Under the pieces are notes generated by a model. That model saw nothing but the letters and a program-made list of their open reading frames with translations. It had not been told where the DNA came from and made no database searches. Position numbers and translations under genes: made by a program. From an uncultured Actinomycetes bacterium (GTDB lineage Bacteria > Actinomycetota > Actinomycetes > Nanopelagicales > Nanopelagicaceae), in the NCBI GenBank assembly GCA_903850565.1, contig CAINLV010000059.1, forward strand, positions 15,981 to 79,980: 64,000 bases of DNA. The letters run 5' to 3'. Positions 19,295 through 26,589 of this stretch are shown piece after piece. The stretch's first letter is position 1, and the number at the start of each line of letters is the position of its first letter.

Positions 19295-19310
19295 ATTGAA
19301 GTACTTCAAT
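19295..19310. promoter_or_regulatory. Perfect 16-bp palindrome ATTGAAGTACTTCAAT upstream of srlA (candidate operator)
   Basis: Read directly. It lies ~30 nt upstream of the srlA GTG/AGGAGG RBS, immediately after an 8-bp stem hairpin (AATGATCG...CGATCATT, ~19265-19297) that follows the gutM stop. Confidence 0.35.
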
Positions 19311-19339
19311 CATGTTCTAACTTACTTAGGAGGTGTCTA

Positions 19340-19939
19340 GTGTTCCTGTCCGGTCTGATTACGTTATCAGCTATTACGGTGGACAAACCAACCGGCTTTC
19401 TTGGCGCGTTGGCAACTGGCGCTGAAGATTTCATCAAAGTCTTCAACAAAGGTGGATCAGTTCTTCTCAGTCTTATGGGCGGAATTCTTCCAACACTGAT
19501 TGTTCTTCTGACTGCAGTTAATGCACTCGTAAGAATTATCGGTGCAGAACGAATCGAAAATCTTGGTAAGGCTGCTGCTCGTCCTGGAATCCAGTGGTAT
19601 CCAGTTCGTTACATCCTCCTTCCATTCGTTGCCGTATTTGTTCTCACAAACCCTATGGCATACACAATGGGTCGCTTCCTCCCAGAGCGCTTTAAGCCAG
19701 CGTTCTATGACTCAGCAGTTTCATTCGTACACCCAATCCTGGGAATCTTCCCTCACGCTAACCCAGGTGAGCTTTTCGTATACCTCGGTATCGCAACCGG
19801 TATCAAGGAACTTGGCTTCGGCTTAGGTGACTTGGCTATCCGTTACCTACTCGTAGGCCTTGTTGTCATCTTCATCCGCGGAATCGTTACCGAACGAATC
19901 ACTGCGCGAATGATGGCTAAAGCCGAAAGGAGTGCATGA
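19340..19939 (+). CDS. srlA: PTS glucitol/sorbitol-specific EIIC component (SrlA-type)
   Basis: 199 aa. Collinear with E. coli SrlA, including NALVRIIGAERIE, LTNPMAYTMGRFLPERFKP, HANPGELFVYLGIA and YLLVGLV. GTG start with an AGGAGG RBS. Confidence 0.9.
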   Translation: MFLSGLITLSAITVDKPTGFLGALATGAEDFIKVFNKGGSVLLSLMGGILPTLIVLLTAVNALVRIIGAERIENLGKAAARPGIQWYPVRYILLPFVAVFVLTNPMAYTMGRFLPERFKPAFYDSAVSFVHPILGIFPHANPGELFVYLGIATGIKELGFGLGDLAIRYLLVGLVVIFIRGIVTERITARMMAKAERSA

Positions 19940-20490
19940 CCATGGAGGGATTCACAAATCTCATTGTAAAAATCGGCCGTGGCGTCGGTGGAGTAGTTGG
20001 AACTCTCTACCAGGCAGGTCGTGATTCGGTAGATACCGTAATCCGTAACGTCATTCCATTTATGGCGTTTATCTCCTTCATCATCGGTTTAATTCTGACA
20101 ACTGGTGTTGGTGACTGGATCGCTAAAGGTCTGAAGGGCTCTGCTTCTTCACTCCCAGGTCTGTTGCTAATTTCCATCGTCTGCGCAATTCCAATCCTGT
20201 CTCCATTGCTTGGACCAGGAGCTGTTATCGCTCAGATCGTCGGAACTTTGCTCGGTGTTGAAATTGGTAAGGGAAACATCCCTGCGCAATACTCACTACC
20301 AGCACTATTCGCTATCAACCCACAGGTTGGTTGCGACTTCATTCCGGTGGGTCTTGCACTTGGCGAAGCCGAGCCTGAGACTGTCGAGATCGGTGTTCCT
20401 GCGGTTCTATTCTCCCGCGTGATCACTGGCCCTCTTTCAGTCGTCATTGCTTACTTTGCAAGCTTTGGCCTGTATCACACCAGTAAGTAA
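19936..20490 (+). CDS. srlE: PTS glucitol/sorbitol EIIC2 (equivalent of the C-terminal membrane half of SrlE)
   Basis: 184 aa, membrane protein. The FAINPQVGCDFIPVGLALGEAEPETV segment is typical of the SrlE C-terminal domain. Confidence 0.85.
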   Translation: MTMEGFTNLIVKIGRGVGGVVGTLYQAGRDSVDTVIRNVIPFMAFISFIIGLILTTGVGDWIAKGLKGSASSLPGLLLISIVCAIPILSPLLGPGAVIAQIVGTLLGVEIGKGNIPAQYSLPALFAINPQVGCDFIPVGLALGEAEPETVEIGVPAVLFSRVITGPLSVVIAYFASFGLYHTSK

Positions 20491-20507
20491 GAATAAGCAC
20501 GATGGAT

Positions 20508-20537
20508 ATCAAGGTGCGGGGCAACTCGCACCTTGAT
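20508..20537 (+). other. Perfect 11-bp stem hairpin inside the PTS operon (between the EIIC2 and EIIB genes)
   Basis: ATCAAGGTGCG-GGGCAACT-CGCACCTTGAT. It is followed by TGCTTAACTT, so no proper U-tract. It sits in a 135-nt intergenic gap. Confidence 0.4.
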
Positions 20538-20625
20538 TGCTTAACTTAAAAATCTCAGCAAAATCAGAATAACTTTTACTACCATTAGAAATAATTAGTT
20601 TTCTTAAGCTACCGAGGAGCAAATC

Positions 20626-20997
20626 ATGGGTGAATATAAGAGCGTAACAATTTCAGCCGGCCGTGGCGGTTGGGGCGGTCCATTGACCATCACACCAACA
20701 GATGAGAAGCCATACATATATTCGGTCACCGGTGGTGGAATTCATCCAGTTGCACAACGGATCGCCGACATAACTGGCGGAACTCCATTTGATGGCTTTA
20801 AGAGCAGCGTGCCTTTCGACAAAATTGCTGTTGCAGTTATTGATTGCGGTGGAACTGCCCGAGTAGGCGTCTATCCAATGAAGAAGGTCTTGACCGTAGA
20901 TATCCATGCAACTAGTCCTGCAGGACCACTGGCAATGTTCATCACAAAAGAGCTATTCGTCTCTGGCGTAAAAGCCGACGATATTAAGGAAGGCTAA
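20626..20997 (+). CDS. srlE: PTS glucitol/sorbitol EIIB domain protein (equivalent of the N-terminal domain of SrlE)
   Basis: 123 aa. Segment KSVTISAGRGGWGGPLTITP, and the active-site Cys region AVIDCGGTARVGVYP, as in the N-terminus of E. coli SrlE. Confidence 0.85.
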   Translation: MGEYKSVTISAGRGGWGGPLTITPTDEKPYIYSVTGGGIHPVAQRIADITGGTPFDGFKSSVPFDKIAVAVIDCGGTARVGVYPMKKVLTVDIHATSPAGPLAMFITKELFVSGVKADDIKEG

Positions 20998-21002
20998 AGC
21001 GG

Positions 21003-21371
21003 TTGAATGAAATAGTTTATTCAACCACCGTTACATCAGTAGGAGAACTTGTGGCCGATTTTCGGGAACAAGGTGTTTTAGTCTTTTTCGGAGAGAACGC
21101 TCCTATTGAGCTACACGAATTTTCTATCCTTCATAAACCCGATATTGAAACTCGTGCCCCGCGAACCGGAGACACGATTCGATTAAGTGATGAAAAATTT
21201 ACCGTTCTAGCAGTGGGATCAGTGGCCGGCGACAACTTAATGAGTCTTGGCCACTTAGATCTAAAAGCAAATGGATTTTCCGAAGCAGAGTTGCCCGGAG
21301 ATGTTAACGTCGAAGTTCGAGAACTTCCATCCGTAAAAGTTGGAGATCGCTTAGAAGTTATCTCGGCTTAG
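21003..21371 (+). CDS. srlB: PTS glucitol/sorbitol-specific EIIA
   Basis: 122 aa. Collinear with E. coli SrlB (TVLAVGSVAGDNLMSLGHLDLKANGFSEAELPGDVNV). TTG start. Confidence 0.9.
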   Translation: MNEIVYSTTVTSVGELVADFREQGVLVFFGENAPIELHEFSILHKPDIETRAPRTGDTIRLSDEKFTVLAVGSVAGDNLMSLGHLDLKANGFSEAELPGDVNVEVRELPSVKVGDRLEVISA

Positions 21372-21409
21372 TCGAAACTCAAGCACCACAACAGAAAAGA
21401 GAAAATGAA

Positions 21410-22702
21410 GTGTCTTACTCATCCAGACTTGAAGCACATGCAAAGTCGATCGGAAGAGATACAAAAATTGCAATCGTAGGTGCGGGCCAAATGGGCCATG
21501 GATTTGGTTGCCAAGTTGATCGGATGCCTGGTTTAACAGTCTCCCTGGTTATCGATATCGACCCAGCCCGAATCACAGCGCTCTACCTAGATCTTGGTGA
21601 AGCCAACCCGGTTATCAGCGATGATAAGAATGAAATCACTCAGGCGCTTGTGGCTGGCAAGCGAGTGGGTACCACTGTTTCCTCCTTCTTATCAGAGTTG
21701 CCCATTGACTTTGTTGTGGAAGCGACTGGAGTACCTGAAATTGGTGCTCAAATTACTTACTCGTGCTTAAAGGCAAAGATGGATGTCGCTGTTTTGAATG
21801 TGGAGATGGATGTAACCATCGGACCACTACTTCATAAAACAGCGGTCGATAATGGTGTGATCTACACCGTCTGTCACGGTGATGAACCTATTGAAGCAAA
21901 GGTTTTGGTGGATTATGCCCGCGACCTTAATTTCGAAGTGGTCGCTGCTGGAAAAGGAAAGAACAATCCATTCGAGCCATTGAGCAATCCAGATTCAGTG
22001 CGCGAACGTGCGACCGCAAAAAATATGAATCCAAAAATGTTGTGCTCCTTCACTGATGGTTCTAAGACCATGACTGAAATGGTTGCCTTGGCAAATACCA
22101 CGGGGATTCCATTATCAAAGCGCGGTATGTACGGACCAGCTGCCACAGTTAAGACTTTGAACAACGTCTTTGCTCTCAAAGAAGATGGCGGCGTTCTTGA
22201 TAAGGCTGGAGTAATTGATTATTGCACCGGTGATGTTGCCCCTGGAGTCTTCGTTATCGTTCGGAGCGATTCGAAATATATCAATCACGAGATGACTTAC
22301 TTGGGCATGGGCCCTGGCCCTTACTTCACTTTGTACCGCCCTTATCACTTGGCTTCAGTTGAGGCACCAATGTCGGTTGCTCGTGCCGTTGTTGATCGTG
22401 AGTCTTCATTGTTTGCAACCAGCTTGATCGCTGAAGTTGTGACCATGAGTAAAAAGGACTTAGTAGCGGGCGAAAAAATCGACGGTATCGGTGGCTTCAC
22501 GGTTCGTGGATATGCAGATATCGCCGCTGATGCTCGTGCCGAGAACTTAGTTCCAATTGGCCTAATTCAAAATGCCATCATGAAGCGAGATGTGCCAGTT
22601 GGAACATTGCTTACTTATGATGATGTAGAACTAGATAAGAACAGTCTGATTGTTGCGCTTCGCAAGGAGCAAGATGAAATGGGCCTTACCTACGCCTCAT
22701 AA
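21410..22702 (+). CDS. NAD(P)-dependent oxidoreductase with C-terminal SAF-like domain (COG4091, homoserine-dehydrogenase-like family)
   Basis: 430 aa. Rossmann motif KIAIVGAGQMGHGF, and a C-terminal KKDLVAGEKIDGIGGFTVRGY segment. It is the last gene of the PTS gene string. GTG start. Confidence 0.65.
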   Translation: MSYSSRLEAHAKSIGRDTKIAIVGAGQMGHGFGCQVDRMPGLTVSLVIDIDPARITALYLDLGEANPVISDDKNEITQALVAGKRVGTTVSSFLSELPIDFVVEATGVPEIGAQITYSCLKAKMDVAVLNVEMDVTIGPLLHKTAVDNGVIYTVCHGDEPIEAKVLVDYARDLNFEVVAAGKGKNNPFEPLSNPDSVRERATAKNMNPKMLCSFTDGSKTMTEMVALANTTGIPLSKRGMYGPAATVKTLNNVFALKEDGGVLDKAGVIDYCTGDVAPGVFVIVRSDSKYINHEMTYLGMGPGPYFTLYRPYHLASVEAPMSVARAVVDRESSLFATSLIAEVVTMSKKDLVAGEKIDGIGGFTVRGYADIAADARAENLVPIGLIQNAIMKRDVPVGTLLTYDDVELDKNSLIVALRKEQDEMGLTYAS

Positions 22703-23034
22703 TCAGGATCTAGCTCTGGTTCAGATGTAGCGCTTGTCAGTCCAAGTTCTCTCATGAGTTTGCGTTGGCGAGGAGTTAACGGGTCGCGCTTTTTGGGTTT
22801 TTTTCCAGAGGTAGCGACCCGTTGCGCTTCTTCCCTGTTTTCTTTCTCTCGGGCTTGACCATCCTCAATGGCCATTTCGCCAGTTGCCATCAATCCCAAC
22901 TCCGCCATCAACTCTTCTTGGGCTTGAGTAAATAGACCTTGATTCTGATGTTTCTTCAGATACTGAGCTTTTATTTTGGCCGCCTTTGCTTCGGGTGTGA
23001 GTTTTTCCCCACCTCGAAATCGTCTTAGCGCCAT
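22690..23034 (-). CDS. Hypothetical small charged protein with an internal duplicated motif
   Basis: Start chosen at MALRRFRGG (the track ORF starts at 23052). Motifs are LTPEAKAAKIKAQYL / LTPRQRKLMRELGL and ELMAELGLMATGE / KLMRELGLTSATSE. I recognise no family. Confidence 0.4.
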   Translation of the reverse strand: MALRRFRGGEKLTPEAKAAKIKAQYLKKHQNQGLFTQAQEELMAELGLMATGEMAIEDGQAREKENREEAQRVATSGKKPKKRDPLTPRQRKLMRELGLTSATSEPELDPDYEA

Positions 23035-23059
23035 GAAATTAGTCTGACACAATTAACCT

Positions 23060-23761
23060 ATGAAGTCTCAAATGCGTGCCGCAGTCGTCGTTTTGGCGGC
23101 TGGCTCTGGATCGCGCTTTGGACACGTCACCAACAAGGTCTGGTTGCCTTTGAGCGGGCGCCGAATCATCTCCCGATCATTAGTGAATGCGACAAAAAGT
23201 TTCCGAGGTTGCCGAACAATTTTGATCATAAACCCCGATGACGCGCAACTGGCAAAGACGACCCTGGCACGCGAAGTTCCCCAGTTAAAAGTCGAAATTG
23301 TTCCTGGTGGCGCGACTCGGCACGAATCCGAATATCACGCGTTGACTTATCTAGCCCCAGAAATTGAATCGGGTGAAATAAACGTTGTTCTCATCCACGA
23401 CGGGGCCAGGCCGTTGGCCACGAGTTCGCTCTTTCGGAATATTGCCGAAGCTGCGCATCGTCACGGAGGTGCGCTTCCGGCCATCAAAGTTTCCCTGCGC
23501 GAGATGGATCTTCAGAGCAGCGAAACAGTAGTGAGAGTTCAAACTCCTCAAGCCTTTCAAGCAGAACCACTTTTAAGAGCGTATCGTCAGGCCTATCAGG
23601 ATGAATTTCACGGAACCGATACGGCCGCCTGCATGGAGAAGTATTTTCCAGATATTCAGACAAAAGCCGTCGAAGGTGAAGTTTCGAATGTCAAAATTAC
23701 ATACCCGCAAGATCTGGCAATTGCAGAACATGTACTGGAAGTAAGGAGGTATAAAGATTGA
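23060..23761 (+). CDS. ispD: 2-C-methyl-D-erythritol 4-phosphate cytidylyltransferase
   Basis: 233 aa. Motifs VVLAAGSGSRFG, GGATRHES, VLIHDGARPL, VQTPQAF, TDTAACME and VEGEVSNVKITYPQDLAIAE all match canonical IspD. Confidence 0.9.
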   Translation: MKSQMRAAVVVLAAGSGSRFGHVTNKVWLPLSGRRIISRSLVNATKSFRGCRTILIINPDDAQLAKTTLAREVPQLKVEIVPGGATRHESEYHALTYLAPEIESGEINVVLIHDGARPLATSSLFRNIAEAAHRHGGALPAIKVSLREMDLQSSETVVRVQTPQAFQAEPLLRAYRQAYQDEFHGTDTAACMEKYFPDIQTKAVEGEVSNVKITYPQDLAIAEHVLEVRRYKD

Positions 23762-24069
23762 GTAATGAAATTTTAGAAGCGGAATTAAATTGTGCCCAAT
23801 GTCAGCAAGAAACCCTTCATCAATTGCGTTATGCCGGGCGACTTCTTGTTTCTACAACCTGCTCAGTCTGCAAGGCACAGGTTAAGCACGAATCAAATGA
23901 ACTTCGCATTCACTATGCCAAGGATCTACAGCATCGGATCGCGACGAAACCTTGGCGATTATGGAAGCGATTTTGGCGAGCACCCAAGGCGGTCTTTTGG
24001 AGTTTTCCTCGTAAAGCGTTAGGTCAACCTTTTAAAATATGGCGCGAATACCGAAATATTGGGAAATAG
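23758..24069 (+). CDS. Hypothetical zinc-ribbon protein with a basic Trp-rich C-terminus
   Basis: 103 aa. Motif CAQC-x21-CSVC, then WRLWKRFWRAPKAVFWSFPRKALGQPFKIWREYR. TTG start overlaps the ispD stop by 4 nt. Confidence 0.5.
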   Translation: MSNEILEAELNCAQCQQETLHQLRYAGRLLVSTTCSVCKAQVKHESNELRIHYAKDLQHRIATKPWRLWKRFWRAPKAVFWSFPRKALGQPFKIWREYRNIGK

Positions 24070-24088
24070 AAGTCAGGTAGTTAAAGTC

Positions 24089-24763
24089 TTAGCGGGCAAC
24101 TGTTTTTTGCCAATGTAAGAACGATGCCAAGAGCGAGAGTTCATCGTTGGAATTCACTCGAATTGATTCTGGATCTGAGTCCACATAACTGATCGCAATT
24201 TTTTCTCGAAGTGGAAAGAACCAGCCAGAATTTTCGCCGTTACCCTTTTGCTCGAAATCAATTGCGGTGGTTCGAACAATTTCTGGCGAGGAAATTCTTC
24301 GTACCGTTGTGCGGTCGATGGTGTGCTTAATAAAGGCATCGTCTGAAATCGCTTTAAGCGTCTCTGTAAATGGGGTGGATGCCCTTGCGGCATCGGCATT
24401 GGAGAGGAGCGCTTCCAGTGTGGTGTGAAACTGTCCAATTTGAGTAAGCGGTCGGTTGGAATCATGAACTGCAACAAACTCGTAGTTTGTAAGTTCGGCC
24501 TTGATTTCTTTCGCTAGCGAAACCGGATCATTGGGGTCACAGATAATTGGCTGATATTCGATGCCAGCTTCCATCAACATTTCACCAACCTGCACTGAGA
24601 GCTCGTGAGGCATGGCCACCAAAATCGGGTGCTTCTCCCCTACCGCCCGAGCAAATGCTTGAGCCACCAGCGCCGAGGAGACCAACACAAAAGAATCCCC
24701 CAAGGGTGCCAGTGCAGTTTTAGAAGTAACTACAACGACGACCTTGAGGGATGGAATTGTCAC
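24089..24763 (-). CDS. IspD-fold paralogue with degenerate catalytic motifs (candidate pseudoenzyme) in the canonical carD-ispD position
   Basis: 224 aa. It retains VAVHDSNRPL, TPFTETLK and VDSDPESIRVNSNDELSLLASFL, collinear with the IspD motifs. The N-terminal GxGxR loop is replaced by VVVVVTSKTALAPLGDS, and QTPQ by SSPE. Confidence 0.65.
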   Translation of the reverse strand: MTIPSLKVVVVVTSKTALAPLGDSFVLVSSALVAQAFARAVGEKHPILVAMPHELSVQVGEMLMEAGIEYQPIICDPNDPVSLAKEIKAELTNYEFVAVHDSNRPLTQIGQFHTTLEALLSNADAARASTPFTETLKAISDDAFIKHTIDRTTVRRISSPEIVRTTAIDFEQKGNGENSGWFFPLREKIAISYVDSDPESIRVNSNDELSLLASFLHWQKTVAR

Positions 24764-24793
24764 AAGAATCTGTTTTTTATAGGTTAGGCAGGG

Positions 24794-25276
24794 TTATGAA
24801 GCCAAGACCTCGTCAAGGATGACTCCGGCTTTTTCTTCATCGGTGCGTTCGGCGAGCGCTAATTCTGAGATCAGAATCTGCTTGGCCTTGGCCAACATTC
24901 GCTTCTCTCCGGCAGATAGACCACGATCTAAGTCGCGGCGATAGAGATCTCGAACAACCTCAGCCACTTTGATAACGTCTCCAGAAGCCAGTTTTTCAAC
25001 ATTGGCTTTGTAGCGACGGGACCAGTTGGTGGGTTCTTCGGTATATGGCTGGCGTAGAACGTTAAATACCCGATCCAAACCGGCGCTATCTACAACATCT
25101 CGAACTCCGACTAGGTCCACATTTTCTGCTGGAACCCGAACCGTGAGGTCGCCTTGGGCAATCTTGAGAACTAAATAAATCTTGTCTTCGCCTTTAATGG
25201 TCCGAGTCTCAATCGCTTCGATGAGAGCCGCTCCGTGATGGGGATAAACAACGGTTTCGCCGACCTTAAATGACAT
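24794..25276 (-). CDS. carD: CarD-family RNA polymerase-binding transcription regulator
   Basis: 160 aa. [37 protein letters not shown] is near-canonical CarD/CdnL. Confidence 0.95.
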   Translation of the reverse strand: MSFKVGETVVYPHHGAALIEAIETRTIKGEDKIYLVLKIAQGDLTVRVPAENVDLVGVRDVVDSAGLDRVFNVLRQPYTEEPTNWSRRYKANVEKLASGDVIKVAEVVRDLYRRDLDRGLSAGEKRMLAKAKQILISELALAERTDEEKAGVILDEVLAS

Positions 25277-25420
25277 TCACTGGCCTTTCGGTAGAGGCCA
25301 AGGATACCAGCAGATTGTGACCTGGCTCTAGCCGTGATTTTTCGGCTATCAGCGGCCGAAGCGAAGGCCCGTTTAGGCGCCAATTGCGGGAAATTCGCGC
25401 TTAATCGGTAGCATCTGCTC

Positions 25421-25912
25421 ATGTCCTTGACCTCGAAATTCGCGCCCAAGTCGGTAATGGCAGTTCTCCTAGTTGCCGGACTGGGATTGACCCTCACTGG
25501 GTGTTCCACCGGCTCAGATGCCCCCACCCGAATGATTAAAAAGGTCACCGACGGAGCTGAAGCAGATTCGGGCGCCATAAAGGCCCGCGATGTTCTCTTG
25601 GTTGCTCAACCCGATGGTTCCGCAGTTTTGGTAGGGACGATCGTCAATACCGGCGATAGTACGGATCAACTTTTGGCAATTAGCGTTGATGGAATTCCAG
25701 CCACGCTCTCAGCCAGCCCAATCGACTTAGTATTGGATAAACCAGCCATCTTTGCTGGCGATTCAGCAAATCAAAGCGCAGTTATTCCAGGATTAAATAA
25801 GTCGCCAAGTTCTCGGGCAACCATTGAATTCACTTTTCAAAATGCGGGTGCAATAACTCTCGATGCAATCGTCCGCGAGAAGAGCGACATCTACGCCAAC
25901 GTGGGAAATTAA
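25421..25912 (+). CDS. Secreted lipoprotein (LpqE-like by position next to carD)
   Basis: Signal peptide with lipobox LTLTGCS, and a beta-rich mature domain. Mycobacterial lpqE occupies the same position. Confidence 0.6.
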   Translation: MSLTSKFAPKSVMAVLLVAGLGLTLTGCSTGSDAPTRMIKKVTDGAEADSGAIKARDVLLVAQPDGSAVLVGTIVNTGDSTDQLLAISVDGIPATLSASPIDLVLDKPAIFAGDSANQSAVIPGLNKSPSSRATIEFTFQNAGAITLDAIVREKSDIYANVGN

Positions 25913-26589
25913 GCCTCGAATTTATAGCCTAAGCCTCGAACGGTCTGAATACAGTTCGGATTGGCCGGATCAACTTCGATGCGTGCGCGCAATCGTTTGA
26001 CATGAACATCTAAGGTTTTTGTGTCGCCAAAATAATCGCTACCCCACACGCGGTCAATCAGTTGTGACCTGGTTAGTACTCGACCGGAATTACGAATGAG
26101 AAATTCCAATAATTCGAATTCTTTTAGCGGAAGATTTTGGTTGGTTCCGTTTATAGAAACCGTATGACGATCCACATCCATTCGAACTGGACCTGCCGCC
26201 AAAATTCCATCTGCAACAGATACTTCTTCACCTTGTCGGCGAAGTACGGCGCGAATTCGGGCAATCAATTCCCTCGAAGAGTATGGCTTGGTTACATAAT
26301 CATCAGCGCCCAATTCCAGACCAACGACTTTATCTACTTCGGTATCTTTTGCCGTGAGCATGATTACTGGCACGTTGGAACGAGTTCGAAGTTGGCGACA
26401 AACTTCAGTTCCTGGCAAGCCAGGAAGCATGAGATCTAAAAGAACTAAATCGGCACCATGGCGGTCGAATTCTTCAATTGCCGCTGGGCCACTGTCAGCC
26501 ACAGATACATCGAAGCCCTCTTTACCTAAGAGATAGGCCAAAGCATCGGAAAATGATGCCTCATCTTCAACTACCAAAATCTTTGTCAT
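25909..26589 (-). CDS. regX3: OmpR-family response regulator RegX3
   Basis: Start re-chosen at MTKILVVEDE (ATGA overlap with the kinase stop). Receiver motifs DLVLLDLMLPG and the winged-helix RGLGYKF. Confidence 0.9.
   Translation of the reverse strand: MTKILVVEDEASFSDALAYLLGKEGFDVSVADSGPAAIEEFDRHGADLVLLDLMLPGLPGTEVCRQLRTRSNVPVIMLTAKDTEVDKVVGLELGADDYVTKPYSSRELIARIRAVLRRQGEEVSVADGILAAGPVRMDVDRHTVSINGTNQNLPLKEFELLEFLIRNSGRVLTRSQLIDRVWGSDYFGDTKTLDVHVKRLRARIEVDPANPNCIQTVRGLGYKFEA

Noticed and set aside
12604-24069. The sugar/2-oxoacid block as a mobile genomic island.
   Set aside because: I could find no integrase, transposase, flanking direct repeats or tRNA at its borders, and no obvious compositional shift by eye. 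I therefore report it only as a synteny break with a possible inversion.
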